A stretch of DNA of 64,000 nt from Flavobacteriales bacterium. GTDB lineage: Bacteria; Bacteroidota; Bacteroidia; Flavobacteriales_D; Sanyastnellaceae. The DNA lies in the NCBI GenBank assembly GCA_049594615.1, contig JBMYJR010000002.1:39028-103027 (forward strand), given 5' to 3'. The notes beneath the pieces were generated by a model, which saw only the letters and a list, made by a program, of their open reading frames with translations, searched no databases and was not told the DNA's origin. The stretch's first letter is position 1. Each line of letters begins with the position of its first letter. A program made the translations under genes and the position numbers. This document shows positions 29,801 to 37,909 of this stretch, in pieces.

Positions 29801-29971
29801 GCCCCAGAGGGCCGCAGGGGAAGTAGTTATGCCACGGTAGGTCGCGGGCTGTATCCAGCGTTGGCCGCTCACGCGTTGTTCTGAAGCTTGGTCTTGCCAA
29901 AGTTGGGCCAAGCCAGAGGAGGAGAGCAGAAGAGCCGTGACGAGGCTCAGGAGGGTGTAACGTTGCATCAT
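26870..29971 (-). CDS. Secreted reprolysin-like (metzincin) zinc metalloprotease with CARDB-like domain, DSYGDG-like module, 3 Cys-rich repeats and paired dockerin-like C-terminus
   Basis: Signal peptide MMQRYTLLSLVTALLLSSSGLAQ. Zinc motif HEMGHQYGGNH (HExxHxxGxxH) at nt 28859-28891. Tail: CYADLNGDLDRNVTDLLILLAEFGC...ADINEDGEVASGDILELLSVFGTSCD*. Confidence 0.8.
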   Translation of the reverse strand: MMQRYTLLSLVTALLLSSSGLAQLWQDQASEQRVSGQRWIQPATYRGITTSPAALWGVLRQAPHIQDVRAKDSGTLLELPAPDGTIQVFSIVEFPVMAPALQERYPNIRSYAGQGITDPSATVRLSMSPKGFHAMVINNGDTWYIDPLTDGTTEAYQSYTKKAFYANTDKVFEELPPIVDDVQMDLQKFDESNSTKYDKPAHDRQVRHFGQSAAQVRTESGTELRTYRLALACTGEYAQFHGGTVPDVVDAYNTSLTRVNGVYEREVAVHMDLVANNNNVIFLDGATDPYTNNSGGTMLGQNINTCNAQIGSANYDIGHVYSTGGGGVAYLQSPCGSNKAGGVTGQPTPVGDPFDIDYVCHEMGHQYGGNHTQNNSCNRSSGAAYEPGSASTIMGYAGICSPNLQSNSDDYFHIHSFNEMKAFTVNGNGNTCAVVTTTGNGVPTVDAGADYTIPGATPFELTATGSDPDGDAITYTWEEYDLGPATAAGDSDLSNPSGNQPTFRSWKGTEDPTRVFPRITDLINNTTVVGEHLPDYDRGMTFRCSVRDNRAGGGGVNEDEMQITVDGDTGPFLVTYPNGGEALPSGGPVPVSWDVAGTDGAPVNCTAVDIYLSTDGGLTYPTLLVSGTANDGAELVTMPSVETTTARIKIKGNGNVFFDISNANVEITSSVVSAQYDAVINAIIEPEGDYCGNTINPIIQLLNLGTETLTSADIETFVDGVSQGTVNWTGSLTLGSTELVTLPTLFPADGSHTYEAVVSNPNGQADENPANNSQTTNFSTVAAPNLVTFSLLTDCWGSEVGWTLTNQTTGEVLGSLSSGTLGNQTTYDTEFCLSNGCYDLTITDTYGDGLSGASYGACGVDGDYSVTDNGGTVLVQMAASNYGASITETFCVTSTVLGCTDNTACNYNPAATSDDGSCEFTSCAGCTDAAACNYDATATIDDGSCILPDGCTDATACNYDATAACDDGSCEFTSCTCYADLNGDLDRNVTDLLILLAEFGCSGSECIADINEDGEVASGDILELLSVFGTSCD
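27044..27280 (-). repeat. Three in-frame tandem copies of the same Cys-rich unit (27, 25, 27 aa)
   Basis: GCTDNTACNYNPAATSDDGSCEFTSCA / GCTDAAACNYDATATIDDGSCILPD / GCTDATACNYDATAACDDGSCEFTSCT. Confidence 0.9.
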
Positions 29972-30447
29972 AATAGTTCAGGCACAGATAGACAGGGCGT
30001 ACTTTTCAATTGGGTTTGGTTCGCTGAGGTGTGGTACGTCCGCGGCATCTCTGTTCTACGTTTAGCGAACAGACAAGGTTGGACGTATGGTGGATATTGA
30101 TCCTCACGCACTCATTGGTTTTGCACCTGCAACGCATGTTGCGTCATACGCAGCCTTCGCACCCTATCACAACGAAGGATGGCTTTGCAAGTGCAGTTGC
30201 ACTCATGGATTCAGGATGAAAAACGGAGCGGGAACTCCTTGAAATCGCACAGACAGCAGGCAGTAAAGTACAAAAATCCCTTCTTGAAAGGTTTGTTTTT
30301 GGCCAATAAGTTCGGCGCGCAGAGTTTTTTGAAAACTCGGGCACGTTGTTGATAAGTGGCTTTCAGCGATTCCGGGCTAGCGGAGGTGGTTTTGCTAATT
30401 TAGTTGGCTTGTTGCCTTTATCGGGCGATTTAGATCAACCCCTAACC

Positions 30448-32304
30448 ATGGCTCAGGAAGTTCAGTACACCGAAGACAATATCCGCTCGCTTGACTGGAA
30501 GGAACACATCCGGATGCGTCCGGGGATGTACATCGGCAAACTTGGCGATGGGACTTCGGCAGATGACGGCATTTACGTCCTGCTCAAAGAAGTCCTTGAC
30601 AACTGCATCGATGAGTACGTCATGGGCTACGGCAAAACCGTTGAAGTCAGCATTCGTGACAACTCGGTAAAGGTCCGTGACTACGGCCGGGGCATTCCTT
30701 TGGGCAAAGTGGTGGACGTGGTATCCAAGATCAACACGGGGGGGAAGTACGACTCACGCGCATTTAAAAAGTCGGTAGGTCTGAACGGAGTAGGTGCCAA
30801 GGCAGTCAACGCACTCAGCACCGAATTTACCGTGCAGTCTGTACGTGAAGGCCAATCCAAGACGGCTCAATTCTCTCGCGGGGAACTCCTGGAGGACGGC
30901 GCACTCGAGGAATCCACCAAACGTCGTGGCACCAAGATCACCTTCGTGCCCGATCCCGAGATCTTCCCGAATTTCCAGTACAAGCTTCAACACGTTGAGA
31001 AGCTGCTCTGGAACTACTGTTACCTCAACACCGGGCTCACCATCTACTTCAACGGCCAGAAGTACCACTCCGAGCACGGCCTCAAGGACTTGTTGGAGAC
31101 CAACGTGGGTGACAACATCCGCTATCCCATCATTCACTTGCGCGGCGATGACATTGAAGTTGCCATCACCCACACTGACGCATACGGAGAGGACTACTAC
31201 AGCTTCGTGAATGGTCAGTTTACCACCCAGGGCGGCACGCACCAACGTGCCTTCCGAGAGGCTTACGTCAAAGTGGTGCGCGACTTTTTTGGCAAGGACT
31301 ACGACCCGCAGGATGTGCGATCAGGCATCTCTGCAGCCGTAGCTGTGAAGGTCATGGAGCCCGTGTTTGAGTCCCAAACCAAAACAAAGCTGGGCAGCAA
31401 CGAGGTGGAGCCCGGAGGCACCACCATGCGCACATTTGTGTTGGACTTTCTCAAAACCGCCCTCGACAACTTCCTGCACCGCAACGCCGATGTCGCTGAA
31501 GCTTTGCAGAAACGCATCCTCCAATCCGAGCGTGAGCGCAAGGATTTGGCCGGCATCAAAAAACTGGCCCGCGAGCGCGCCAAGAAGGCCAACTTGCACA
31601 ACCGTAAACTCCGCGATTGCCGCGCCCACTACAACGATACCAAGAACGACAAGGGGCAATTCTCCACCCTGTTCATCACCGAGGGGGACAGTGCATCTGG
31701 TTCCATCACCAAAGCGCGTGATGTGAACACCCAAGCGGTGTTCAGCCTCAAAGGAAAGCCTCTGAACTCCTACGGACTCACCAAAAAAGTGGTCTACGAA
31801 AACGAGGAGTTCAACCTGCTTCAAGCGGCCCTCAACATTGAGGAAGGTTTGGAAACCCTGCGTTACAAGAACGTCGTGATCGCCACCGATGCCGATGTGG
31901 ACGGCATGCACATCCGTTTGCTGTTGATCACCTTCTTCCTCCAGTTCTTTCCCGAGCTGGTGCGCGCCGGCCACGTGCACGTGTTGCAGACCCCACTGTT
32001 CCGTGTGCGCAACAAAAAAGAAACCATTTATTGCTACAGCGAAGCTGAAAAGCAGGACGCCATGCAAAAACTCAAAGGCAAACCCGAGATTACCCGCTTC
32101 AAGGGGCTCGGTGAGATTTCGCCAGACGAGTTCAAGCATTTTATCGGTGAACACATCCGCCTGGACCCCGTGGTCTTGGGCAAAGACAGCCAAATTCCGG
32201 AATTGCTCAAATTCTTCATGGGCAAGAACACCCCGGAACGTCAGGAATTCATCATCGAAAACCTGAAAGTCGAAAAAGACGAAGTGGAAGAAGAGGCCGC
32301 CTGA
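30448..32304 (+). CDS. parE: DNA topoisomerase IV subunit B (type IIA topoisomerase ATPase subunit)
   Basis: [38 protein letters not shown], Toprim EGDSASG and [11 protein letters not shown]. Short Bacteroidota ParE-like N-terminus ([16 protein letters not shown]). Start placed at ATG 30448. Confidence 0.8.
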   Translation: MAQEVQYTEDNIRSLDWKEHIRMRPGMYIGKLGDGTSADDGIYVLLKEVLDNCIDEYVMGYGKTVEVSIRDNSVKVRDYGRGIPLGKVVDVVSKINTGGKYDSRAFKKSVGLNGVGAKAVNALSTEFTVQSVREGQSKTAQFSRGELLEDGALEESTKRRGTKITFVPDPEIFPNFQYKLQHVEKLLWNYCYLNTGLTIYFNGQKYHSEHGLKDLLETNVGDNIRYPIIHLRGDDIEVAITHTDAYGEDYYSFVNGQFTTQGGTHQRAFREAYVKVVRDFFGKDYDPQDVRSGISAAVAVKVMEPVFESQTKTKLGSNEVEPGGTTMRTFVLDFLKTALDNFLHRNADVAEALQKRILQSERERKDLAGIKKLARERAKKANLHNRKLRDCRAHYNDTKNDKGQFSTLFITEGDSASGSITKARDVNTQAVFSLKGKPLNSYGLTKKVVYENEEFNLLQAALNIEEGLETLRYKNVVIATDADVDGMHIRLLLITFFLQFFPELVRAGHVHVLQTPLFRVRNKKETIYCYSEAEKQDAMQKLKGKPEITRFKGLGEISPDEFKHFIGEHIRLDPVVLGKDSQIPELLKFFMGKNTPERQEFIIENLKVEKDEVEEEAA

Positions 32305-32318
32305 GCCCGCCGTGACCT

Positions 32319-35102
32319 ATGAGCGAAGAACAACTGCCCAACGACGACAACGAACGCGACGACGACTTTGACCGCGACGAGAGCGGGGAACAACTCGAGA
32401 ACGTCATTCCCATCAAAGGGATGTACAACGAGTGGTTCCTGGACTACGCCTCGTACGTCATCCTCGAGCGCGCGGTGCCTCACTTGCACGACGGCCTCAA
32501 ACCGGTGCAGCGCCGCATCCTCCATTCCTTGCGTGAAATGGACGACGGCCGTTTCCACAAGGTGGCCAACGCCATTGGCAACACCATGAAGTACCACCCG
32601 CATGGGGACGCTTCCATCGGCGACGCCATGGTCCAAATCGGCCAGAAGGAGTTGCTCTTGGACATGCAGGGAAACTGGGGCAACGTCGCCACCGGCGACC
32701 GTGCTGCAGCCCCGCGTTACATCGAGGTCAAGCTCAGTAAGTTTGCCTTGGACGTGGCCTTTAACGCCAAGACCACCAACTGGCTCAGCTCCTATGACGG
32801 CCGCAACAAAGAGCCCGAAACCCTGCCGATGAAGTTTCCGCTTCTGCTGGCGCAAGGGGTGGAAGGGATTGCGGTAGGTCTGGCGTGTAAAATGTTGCCC
32901 CACAATTTTGTGGAGCTCATCGATGCCAGCATCCAGATCCTCAAAGGCAAAAAGGCCCAGATCGTCCCAGATTTCATCTCGGGCGGTATGGCTGACATGT
33001 CCAACTACAACGACGGACTGCGTGGGGGCAAGATTCGCGTACGTGCCCGCATTCGTAAGGAAGACGACCGTACCTTGATCGTGCACGAGATTCCATACGG
33101 CACCACCACGACCTCGCTTATTGACAGCGTACTCAAAGCCAACGACAAAGGCAAAATCAAGATCAAGAAGATCGAGGACAACACCGCCGAGTTCGTGTCC
33201 ATCGTGATCCACCTGCCCAAGGGTGTCTCGCCGGACAAGACCATTGACGCGCTGTATGCCTTCACCGATTGTGAGGTGAAAATCTCGCCCAACGCCTGCG
33301 TGATTTTTGACGACAAGCCGCACTTCATGGGCGTCTCGGAAATCCTGCGCAACAGCACCGAGCAAACCCGGGACCTGCTGCGCCAAGAACTCGAGATCGA
33401 GAAGGCTGAGCTGGAAGAGTCCTGGCATTTTGCTTCGCTGGAGAAGATCTTCATCGAAAACCGCATTTACCGAGACATTGAGGAGTGCGAAACGTGGGAA
33501 GAAATCCTGAGCACCATCCACGAAGGCCTCAAACCGCACATCAAACACCTCTTGCGTGAGGTGACCGACGAGGACGTCACCCGTTTGACCGAGATCCGCA
33601 TCAAGCGCATCTCTAAATTCGACTCCTTCAAAGCCGACGAGCGCTTGGCAGCACTTGAAGGTGAGATTGCCCGCGTCAAGCATGATCTTGAACACCTGAC
33701 CGAGTTTGCCATCGCCTACTTCCAAGACCTCAAGAAGAAGTACGGCAAAGGCCGCGAGCGCCGCACTGAATTGCGCACGTTCGACAAAGTGGACGCCGCC
33801 AAGGTGGCGGTCAACAACGCCAAACTCTACGTCAACAAGGAAGAAGGCTTCGTGGGCACCGGCCTCAAGCGCGGCGAGGGTGAATTTGTGACCGACTGCT
33901 CGGACATTGACGACATCATCATCTTCCGCGAGGACGGCATCATGCAAGTCACCCGCGTGAGTTCCAAAGCCTTTGTAGGCAAAGGCATATTGCACGTGGG
34001 CATTTGGAAGAAAGGCGATGCACGCACCATCTACAACCTGATTTACCAAGACGGTAAAGGTGGCCGCGCCATGTGGAAACGCTTCGCCGTTACTTCCATC
34101 ACCCGCGATCGCGAATACAACTTGACCAAGGGCACTGCTGGGTCCAAGGTGTTGTACTTCACCGCCAATCCCAACGGCGAGGCCGAGGTCGTCACTGTGC
34201 ACCTGCGTGCCCTTCAGCGTCTGAAGAAGTTGCGCTTTGACGCAGACTTCTCGGAATTGGCCATCAAGGGCCGCGGCGCCGGCGGAAATGTGCTCAGCAA
34301 GCATCCGGTCAAGCGCATCGAGCTCAAGGAGCGCGGCGTATCCACGTTGGGCGCCCGTAAAATCTGGTTCGACGAAACCGTCAAGCGCCTCAACATTGAG
34401 GAACGCGGACGTTACCTTGGAGCCTTCGCTCCGGAGGATAAAATCCTAGTGCTGCTCAGCTCTGGCGAATACAAGTTGACCGGTTTTGACTTGTCCACCC
34501 ACTTTGATGAGAAGATGATTCACCTGGAAAAGTGGATTCCCGAAAAGCCCGTGAGCTGCGTTTACTACGATGGCTCCAAAGAGACGTGGTACGTCAAACG
34601 TTTCTTGGTAGAGTCCTCCACCAAAGTGGTGGGCTTCATTGGCGACCACGAGGAGTCGCGTATGGCCTTGGCCAGCACGTTGCACTTCCCGCAAGCGCGC
34701 ATCAAATGGAACCGCAAGTTTAAAGCCACCCGCGACCGCCCCGATGAGGTGATCGACCTCTGGGATTTCATCTCGGTCAAAGGCATGAAAGCCCAGGGCA
34801 ATCGCCTGAGCACCTTGCCCATCACTGATGTGGTCCTGGATCCGCCCAACACCGATAAGGAAGCCGAAGCCGAAGCAGTGCTTGCTGAACGTTTGGCCCC
34901 AGCGCCGACTCCTGACCCTGCACCGTTGGTAGAAGTGCCTGAAAGCCCCGCTCCCGAGCAGCCCAAGGCCGCAGTTCCCCCGCCTGCTCTCAAAGCGGCT
35001 CCGGTAAAAGATGAGGTGTCGCAGCCCATTGAACTGGATGTCACCCCCAAGAAATCGGACGGCGACTCGGATGAAGAAGCACCTCAGTTGGGCTTGTTTT
35101 AA
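32319..35102 (+). CDS. parC: DNA topoisomerase IV subunit A (type IIA topoisomerase breakage-reunion subunit)
   Basis: LKPVQRRIL, KYHPHGDASI, active-site Tyr region AAPRYIEVKL. Lies directly downstream of parE. Has an acidic N-terminal extension and a Pro/Ala-rich C-terminal tail. Confidence 0.8.
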   Translation: MSEEQLPNDDNERDDDFDRDESGEQLENVIPIKGMYNEWFLDYASYVILERAVPHLHDGLKPVQRRILHSLREMDDGRFHKVANAIGNTMKYHPHGDASIGDAMVQIGQKELLLDMQGNWGNVATGDRAAAPRYIEVKLSKFALDVAFNAKTTNWLSSYDGRNKEPETLPMKFPLLLAQGVEGIAVGLACKMLPHNFVELIDASIQILKGKKAQIVPDFISGGMADMSNYNDGLRGGKIRVRARIRKEDDRTLIVHEIPYGTTTTSLIDSVLKANDKGKIKIKKIEDNTAEFVSIVIHLPKGVSPDKTIDALYAFTDCEVKISPNACVIFDDKPHFMGVSEILRNSTEQTRDLLRQELEIEKAELEESWHFASLEKIFIENRIYRDIEECETWEEILSTIHEGLKPHIKHLLREVTDEDVTRLTEIRIKRISKFDSFKADERLAALEGEIARVKHDLEHLTEFAIAYFQDLKKKYGKGRERRTELRTFDKVDAAKVAVNNAKLYVNKEEGFVGTGLKRGEGEFVTDCSDIDDIIIFREDGIMQVTRVSSKAFVGKGILHVGIWKKGDARTIYNLIYQDGKGGRAMWKRFAVTSITRDREYNLTKGTAGSKVLYFTANPNGEAEVVTVHLRALQRLKKLRFDADFSELAIKGRGAGGNVLSKHPVKRIELKERGVSTLGARKIWFDETVKRLNIEERGRYLGAFAPEDKILVLLSSGEYKLTGFDLSTHFDEKMIHLEKWIPEKPVSCVYYDGSKETWYVKRFLVESSTKVVGFIGDHEESRMALASTLHFPQARIKWNRKFKATRDRPDEVIDLWDFISVKGMKAQGNRLSTLPITDVVLDPPNTDKEAEAEAVLAERLAPAPTPDPAPLVEVPESPAPEQPKAAVPPPALKAAPVKDEVSQPIELDVTPKKSDGDSDEEAPQLGLF

Positions 35103-35157
35103 ACCCGTGGTGTGCGGCGCACACTTATCCCTAATTTTGGATCAAACTTGAATCTGC

Positions 35158-36588
35158 ATGCAACGTTTTATTTGCCTGTTCGCAGCGGTTGCCCTTGTGT
35201 TGGCAGGTTGCGGTGATACCCCATCTGCCCCTGACGCAGAAAACGTAACTGAAACCGTTGAAACACAGGTGTATCCACACGCGGAGTGGACCAAAGATGC
35301 CACCATCTACGAGGTCAACATTCGCCAGCATACGCCTGAAGGCACCTTTGACGCTTTCACCCGTGACATCCCCCGCCTCGCAGAAATGGGGATCGAAATC
35401 CTGTGGCTGATGCCCGTACAACCCATCGGCGTTGAAAACCGCAAAGGCGGTTTGGGCAGTTACTACAGCATCCAAGACTATACCGACATCAACCCTGAAT
35501 TTGGGGATGCGGACGCTTTGCGCAACTTGGTGGAAAAGGCCCACGCCAAAGGCATGAAAGTCATTTTGGACTGGGTGGCCAACCACACTTCATGGGACAA
35601 CGCTTGGACGGCCAATCCCGAGTGGTACAGCCAGGATTCACTGGGCAACTTTTACCCTCCCGTGCCTGATTGGAGCGATGTGATTGACCTGAACTACGAC
35701 AACCCAGACATGCGCGCCGCCATGATCGAGGCCATGAAGCACTGGGTGCAAGCATATGAGATCGACGGCTTCCGTTGTGATGTAGCCATGGAAGTGCCTA
35801 CCGACTTCTGGAACGAGGCCACCGCCGCGCTGCGCGAGCTCAATCCTGAACTCTTCATGCTGGCCGAAGCAGAGACCCCAGAACACCACTTGGAGGCGTT
35901 TGACATGAGCTACAGCTGGGAGCTGATGCACATCCTCAACCAATTGGCCATGACCGAAGGCCTGACCGATCCTGCACTGATGGAAGAAAAGGGCTGGCAC
36001 CCTGAGGGCATGACCTTGGAATCGTTGGACAACTACATGGCCAAAGAGGACACCAACTTTGTGGACTATGCCTACCGCATGACCTTCATCACCAACCACG
36101 ACGAAAATTCATGGAACGGCACGCAGTTTGAACGCTTTGGCCCTGCGGTGGAGCTGTTTACCACCCTGGCTTACACCATCAACGGTATGCCACTGGTCTA
36201 CAGCGGAAACGAAGCGCCCAACCGCCATCGATTGCTGTTCTTCGAAAAAGACAGTATCGATTGGAACGGGTATGAGATGCAGGATTTTTACGCCACCCTG
36301 CTCAAGGCCAACAAGGAAAATCCTGCGCTGTGGAACGGTACATATGGTGGTGACTTCAAGCGCATTGCGACCTCAAATGATGCCGACATTTACGCATACT
36401 CCCGCACCAAGGGGAACAACCAAGTGATCACAGTACTCAACTTTAGCGACCAATCGCAACAAGTCAAGTTTGCCGAGGCCGTGAGCGGCGAGTACCCCAG
36501 CATTTTCAACAACCAAACCCTGAGTGTATTCACCGATGGCGACATGACGCTCGCTCCGTGGGGCTACCAGGTGTTTGTGAAGCACTGA
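35158..36588 (+). CDS. Alpha-amylase family glycoside hydrolase (GH13) lipoprotein
   Basis: Lipobox FAAVALVLAGC. GH13 conserved regions DWVANH (I), GFRCDVAME (II), MLAEAE (III), FITNHDEN (IV). Confidence 0.85.
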   Translation: MQRFICLFAAVALVLAGCGDTPSAPDAENVTETVETQVYPHAEWTKDATIYEVNIRQHTPEGTFDAFTRDIPRLAEMGIEILWLMPVQPIGVENRKGGLGSYYSIQDYTDINPEFGDADALRNLVEKAHAKGMKVILDWVANHTSWDNAWTANPEWYSQDSLGNFYPPVPDWSDVIDLNYDNPDMRAAMIEAMKHWVQAYEIDGFRCDVAMEVPTDFWNEATAALRELNPELFMLAEAETPEHHLEAFDMSYSWELMHILNQLAMTEGLTDPALMEEKGWHPEGMTLESLDNYMAKEDTNFVDYAYRMTFITNHDENSWNGTQFERFGPAVELFTTLAYTINGMPLVYSGNEAPNRHRLLFFEKDSIDWNGYEMQDFYATLLKANKENPALWNGTYGGDFKRIATSNDADIYAYSRTKGNNQVITVLNFSDQSQQVKFAEAVSGEYPSIFNNQTLSVFTDGDMTLAPWGYQVFVKH

Positions 36589-36589
36589 T

Positions 36590-36970
36590 ATGAAGATTGC
36601 AGTTATTGCCCACGATGGCAAAAAGGCGGAGATGGTTCAATTCCTCGCTCGCCACTTGGACGTATTCAAGCGCAAAGACATTGACCTGATTGCCACCGGT
36701 ACTACAGGTAAACACGCCATGGATGCTGGCTTGCAAGTACAACGCGTGCAAAGTGGCCCGCTTGGAGGCGACGCCCAAATTGCCGCAGAGGTCACCGAAG
36801 GCAAAATCCACATGGTGTTCTTTTTCCGCGATCCATTGGACAAGCATCCGCACGAGCCGGACATTGCCATGCTCATGCGCCTGTGCGACGTGCACAACAT
36901 CCCCATGGCCACCAACCCGGCCACTGCTGAATTGTTGCTCAAAGGCATCGACGGCCACCCTGAGCAATGA
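36590..36970 (+). CDS. mgsA: Methylglyoxal synthase
   Basis: IAVIAHDGKK, ATGTTG, SGPLGGDAQI, FFRDPLDKHPHEPD. 126 aa. Confidence 0.9.
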   Translation: MKIAVIAHDGKKAEMVQFLARHLDVFKRKDIDLIATGTTGKHAMDAGLQVQRVQSGPLGGDAQIAAEVTEGKIHMVFFFRDPLDKHPHEPDIAMLMRLCDVHNIPMATNPATAELLLKGIDGHPEQ

Positions 36971-37809
36971 TCCAAACCCGCGGCGAGCTGGCGGCCTACC
37001 TCACCGAGGACCTTACCCTGCGTCACGGCCAGCGGGAGGCGGCGCACATGGCCGCGTGGATCTTGGAGGACACCTTCGGGTGGACCAGGGTGGATGTCAT
37101 TCTAGAAGCCGAACAAGACGTGCCCTTGGAATCCGTGGCCCAAGTGCAAGGCATCCTGCGCCGGTTACGTGACGGAGAACCCCTGCAATACATTTTGGGT
37201 ACCGCGGTCTTCTTGGACCTGGAGCTGCAGGTTGACCCCCGCGTTTTGATCCCCCGCCCCGAAACCGAAGAATTGGTGATGTGGGCCTGCGAGTTGCTGG
37301 ACGGCAAGGCGCCCCACGTGCTTGATGTGGGCACCGGCAGCGGTTGCATCGCGCTGGGCATCAAACAGCGCATTCCCGCAGCACAGGTGTGGGGTTGTGA
37401 TGTAAGCGCTCCTGCGTTGGAGGTAGCCACGGCAAACGGCGTGGAAATAGGCTTGGAGGTGCAGTGGATGCAACTCAACATCCTCGAGGAGGAACCGCGT
37501 GTGCCTCTCTTGCAGCTGCTTGTTTCCAACCCACCCTACATCGGAACCGATGAGGCTGGAGCACTGGAGGAGCGCGTCGTTGCCCACGAACCCCATTTGG
37601 CACTCTTTGCCGATGGTGATCCTCTGCTGTTCTATCAAGCCTTGGCCGTGCAAGGCGAGACGCTGTTGGCCCCGGGCGGACAGATTCTGGTGGAGATGCA
37701 CAGCAACTACGCCACCGAAACCAAGGCCCTTTTTGAACGCAGCGGCTACCACACCGAAATGCGCAAGGACCTCCAAGGCCGCTGGCGCATGCTGCGGGCC
37801 TGGAAGTAG
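36967..37809 (+). CDS. prmC: Release factor glutamine N5-methyltransferase
   Basis: SAM motif LDVGTGSGCIAL and the NPPY motif (LVSNPPYIG). ATGA overlap with the mgsA stop. Confidence 0.85.
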   Translation: MIQTRGELAAYLTEDLTLRHGQREAAHMAAWILEDTFGWTRVDVILEAEQDVPLESVAQVQGILRRLRDGEPLQYILGTAVFLDLELQVDPRVLIPRPETEELVMWACELLDGKAPHVLDVGTGSGCIALGIKQRIPAAQVWGCDVSAPALEVATANGVEIGLEVQWMQLNILEEEPRVPLLQLLVSNPPYIGTDEAGALEERVVAHEPHLALFADGDPLLFYQALAVQGETLLAPGGQILVEMHSNYATETKALFERSGYHTEMRKDLQGRWRMLRAWK

Positions 37810-37909
37810 GTGCAAAAAAAGCCGGACAACCCGCCCTTGAACATCTGTTGGCAACTGGAGTTCCTCTAACTGTCTTGCTTTGCCGTCTTTTGCACCGAAA
37901 ATTAAATCC

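Noticed and set aside
30144-30344. 66-aa ORF and short palindromes (agtgca-gt-tgcact) in the 476-bp region between the metalloprotease and parE.
   Set aside because: The ORF has no coding bias. The palindromes are short with loops too small for hairpins. The region is most simply two divergent promoters, with no tRNA-like or riboswitch-like core seen.
32241-34304. 687-aa minus-strand ORF.
   Set aside because: It is antisense to parC, has no recognisable motifs, and is skewed towards V/G/L/H/D/A. The parC frame carries all type IIA topoisomerase motifs.
35131-35586. 151-aa minus-strand ORF overlapping the amylase start and the parC-amylase spacer.
   Set aside because: It is a shadow of the GH13 gene (His/Val/Gly-rich) with no motifs. 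The weak hairpin gtgtgcg/cgcacac at ~35110-35125 is more simply a parC terminator-like structure.
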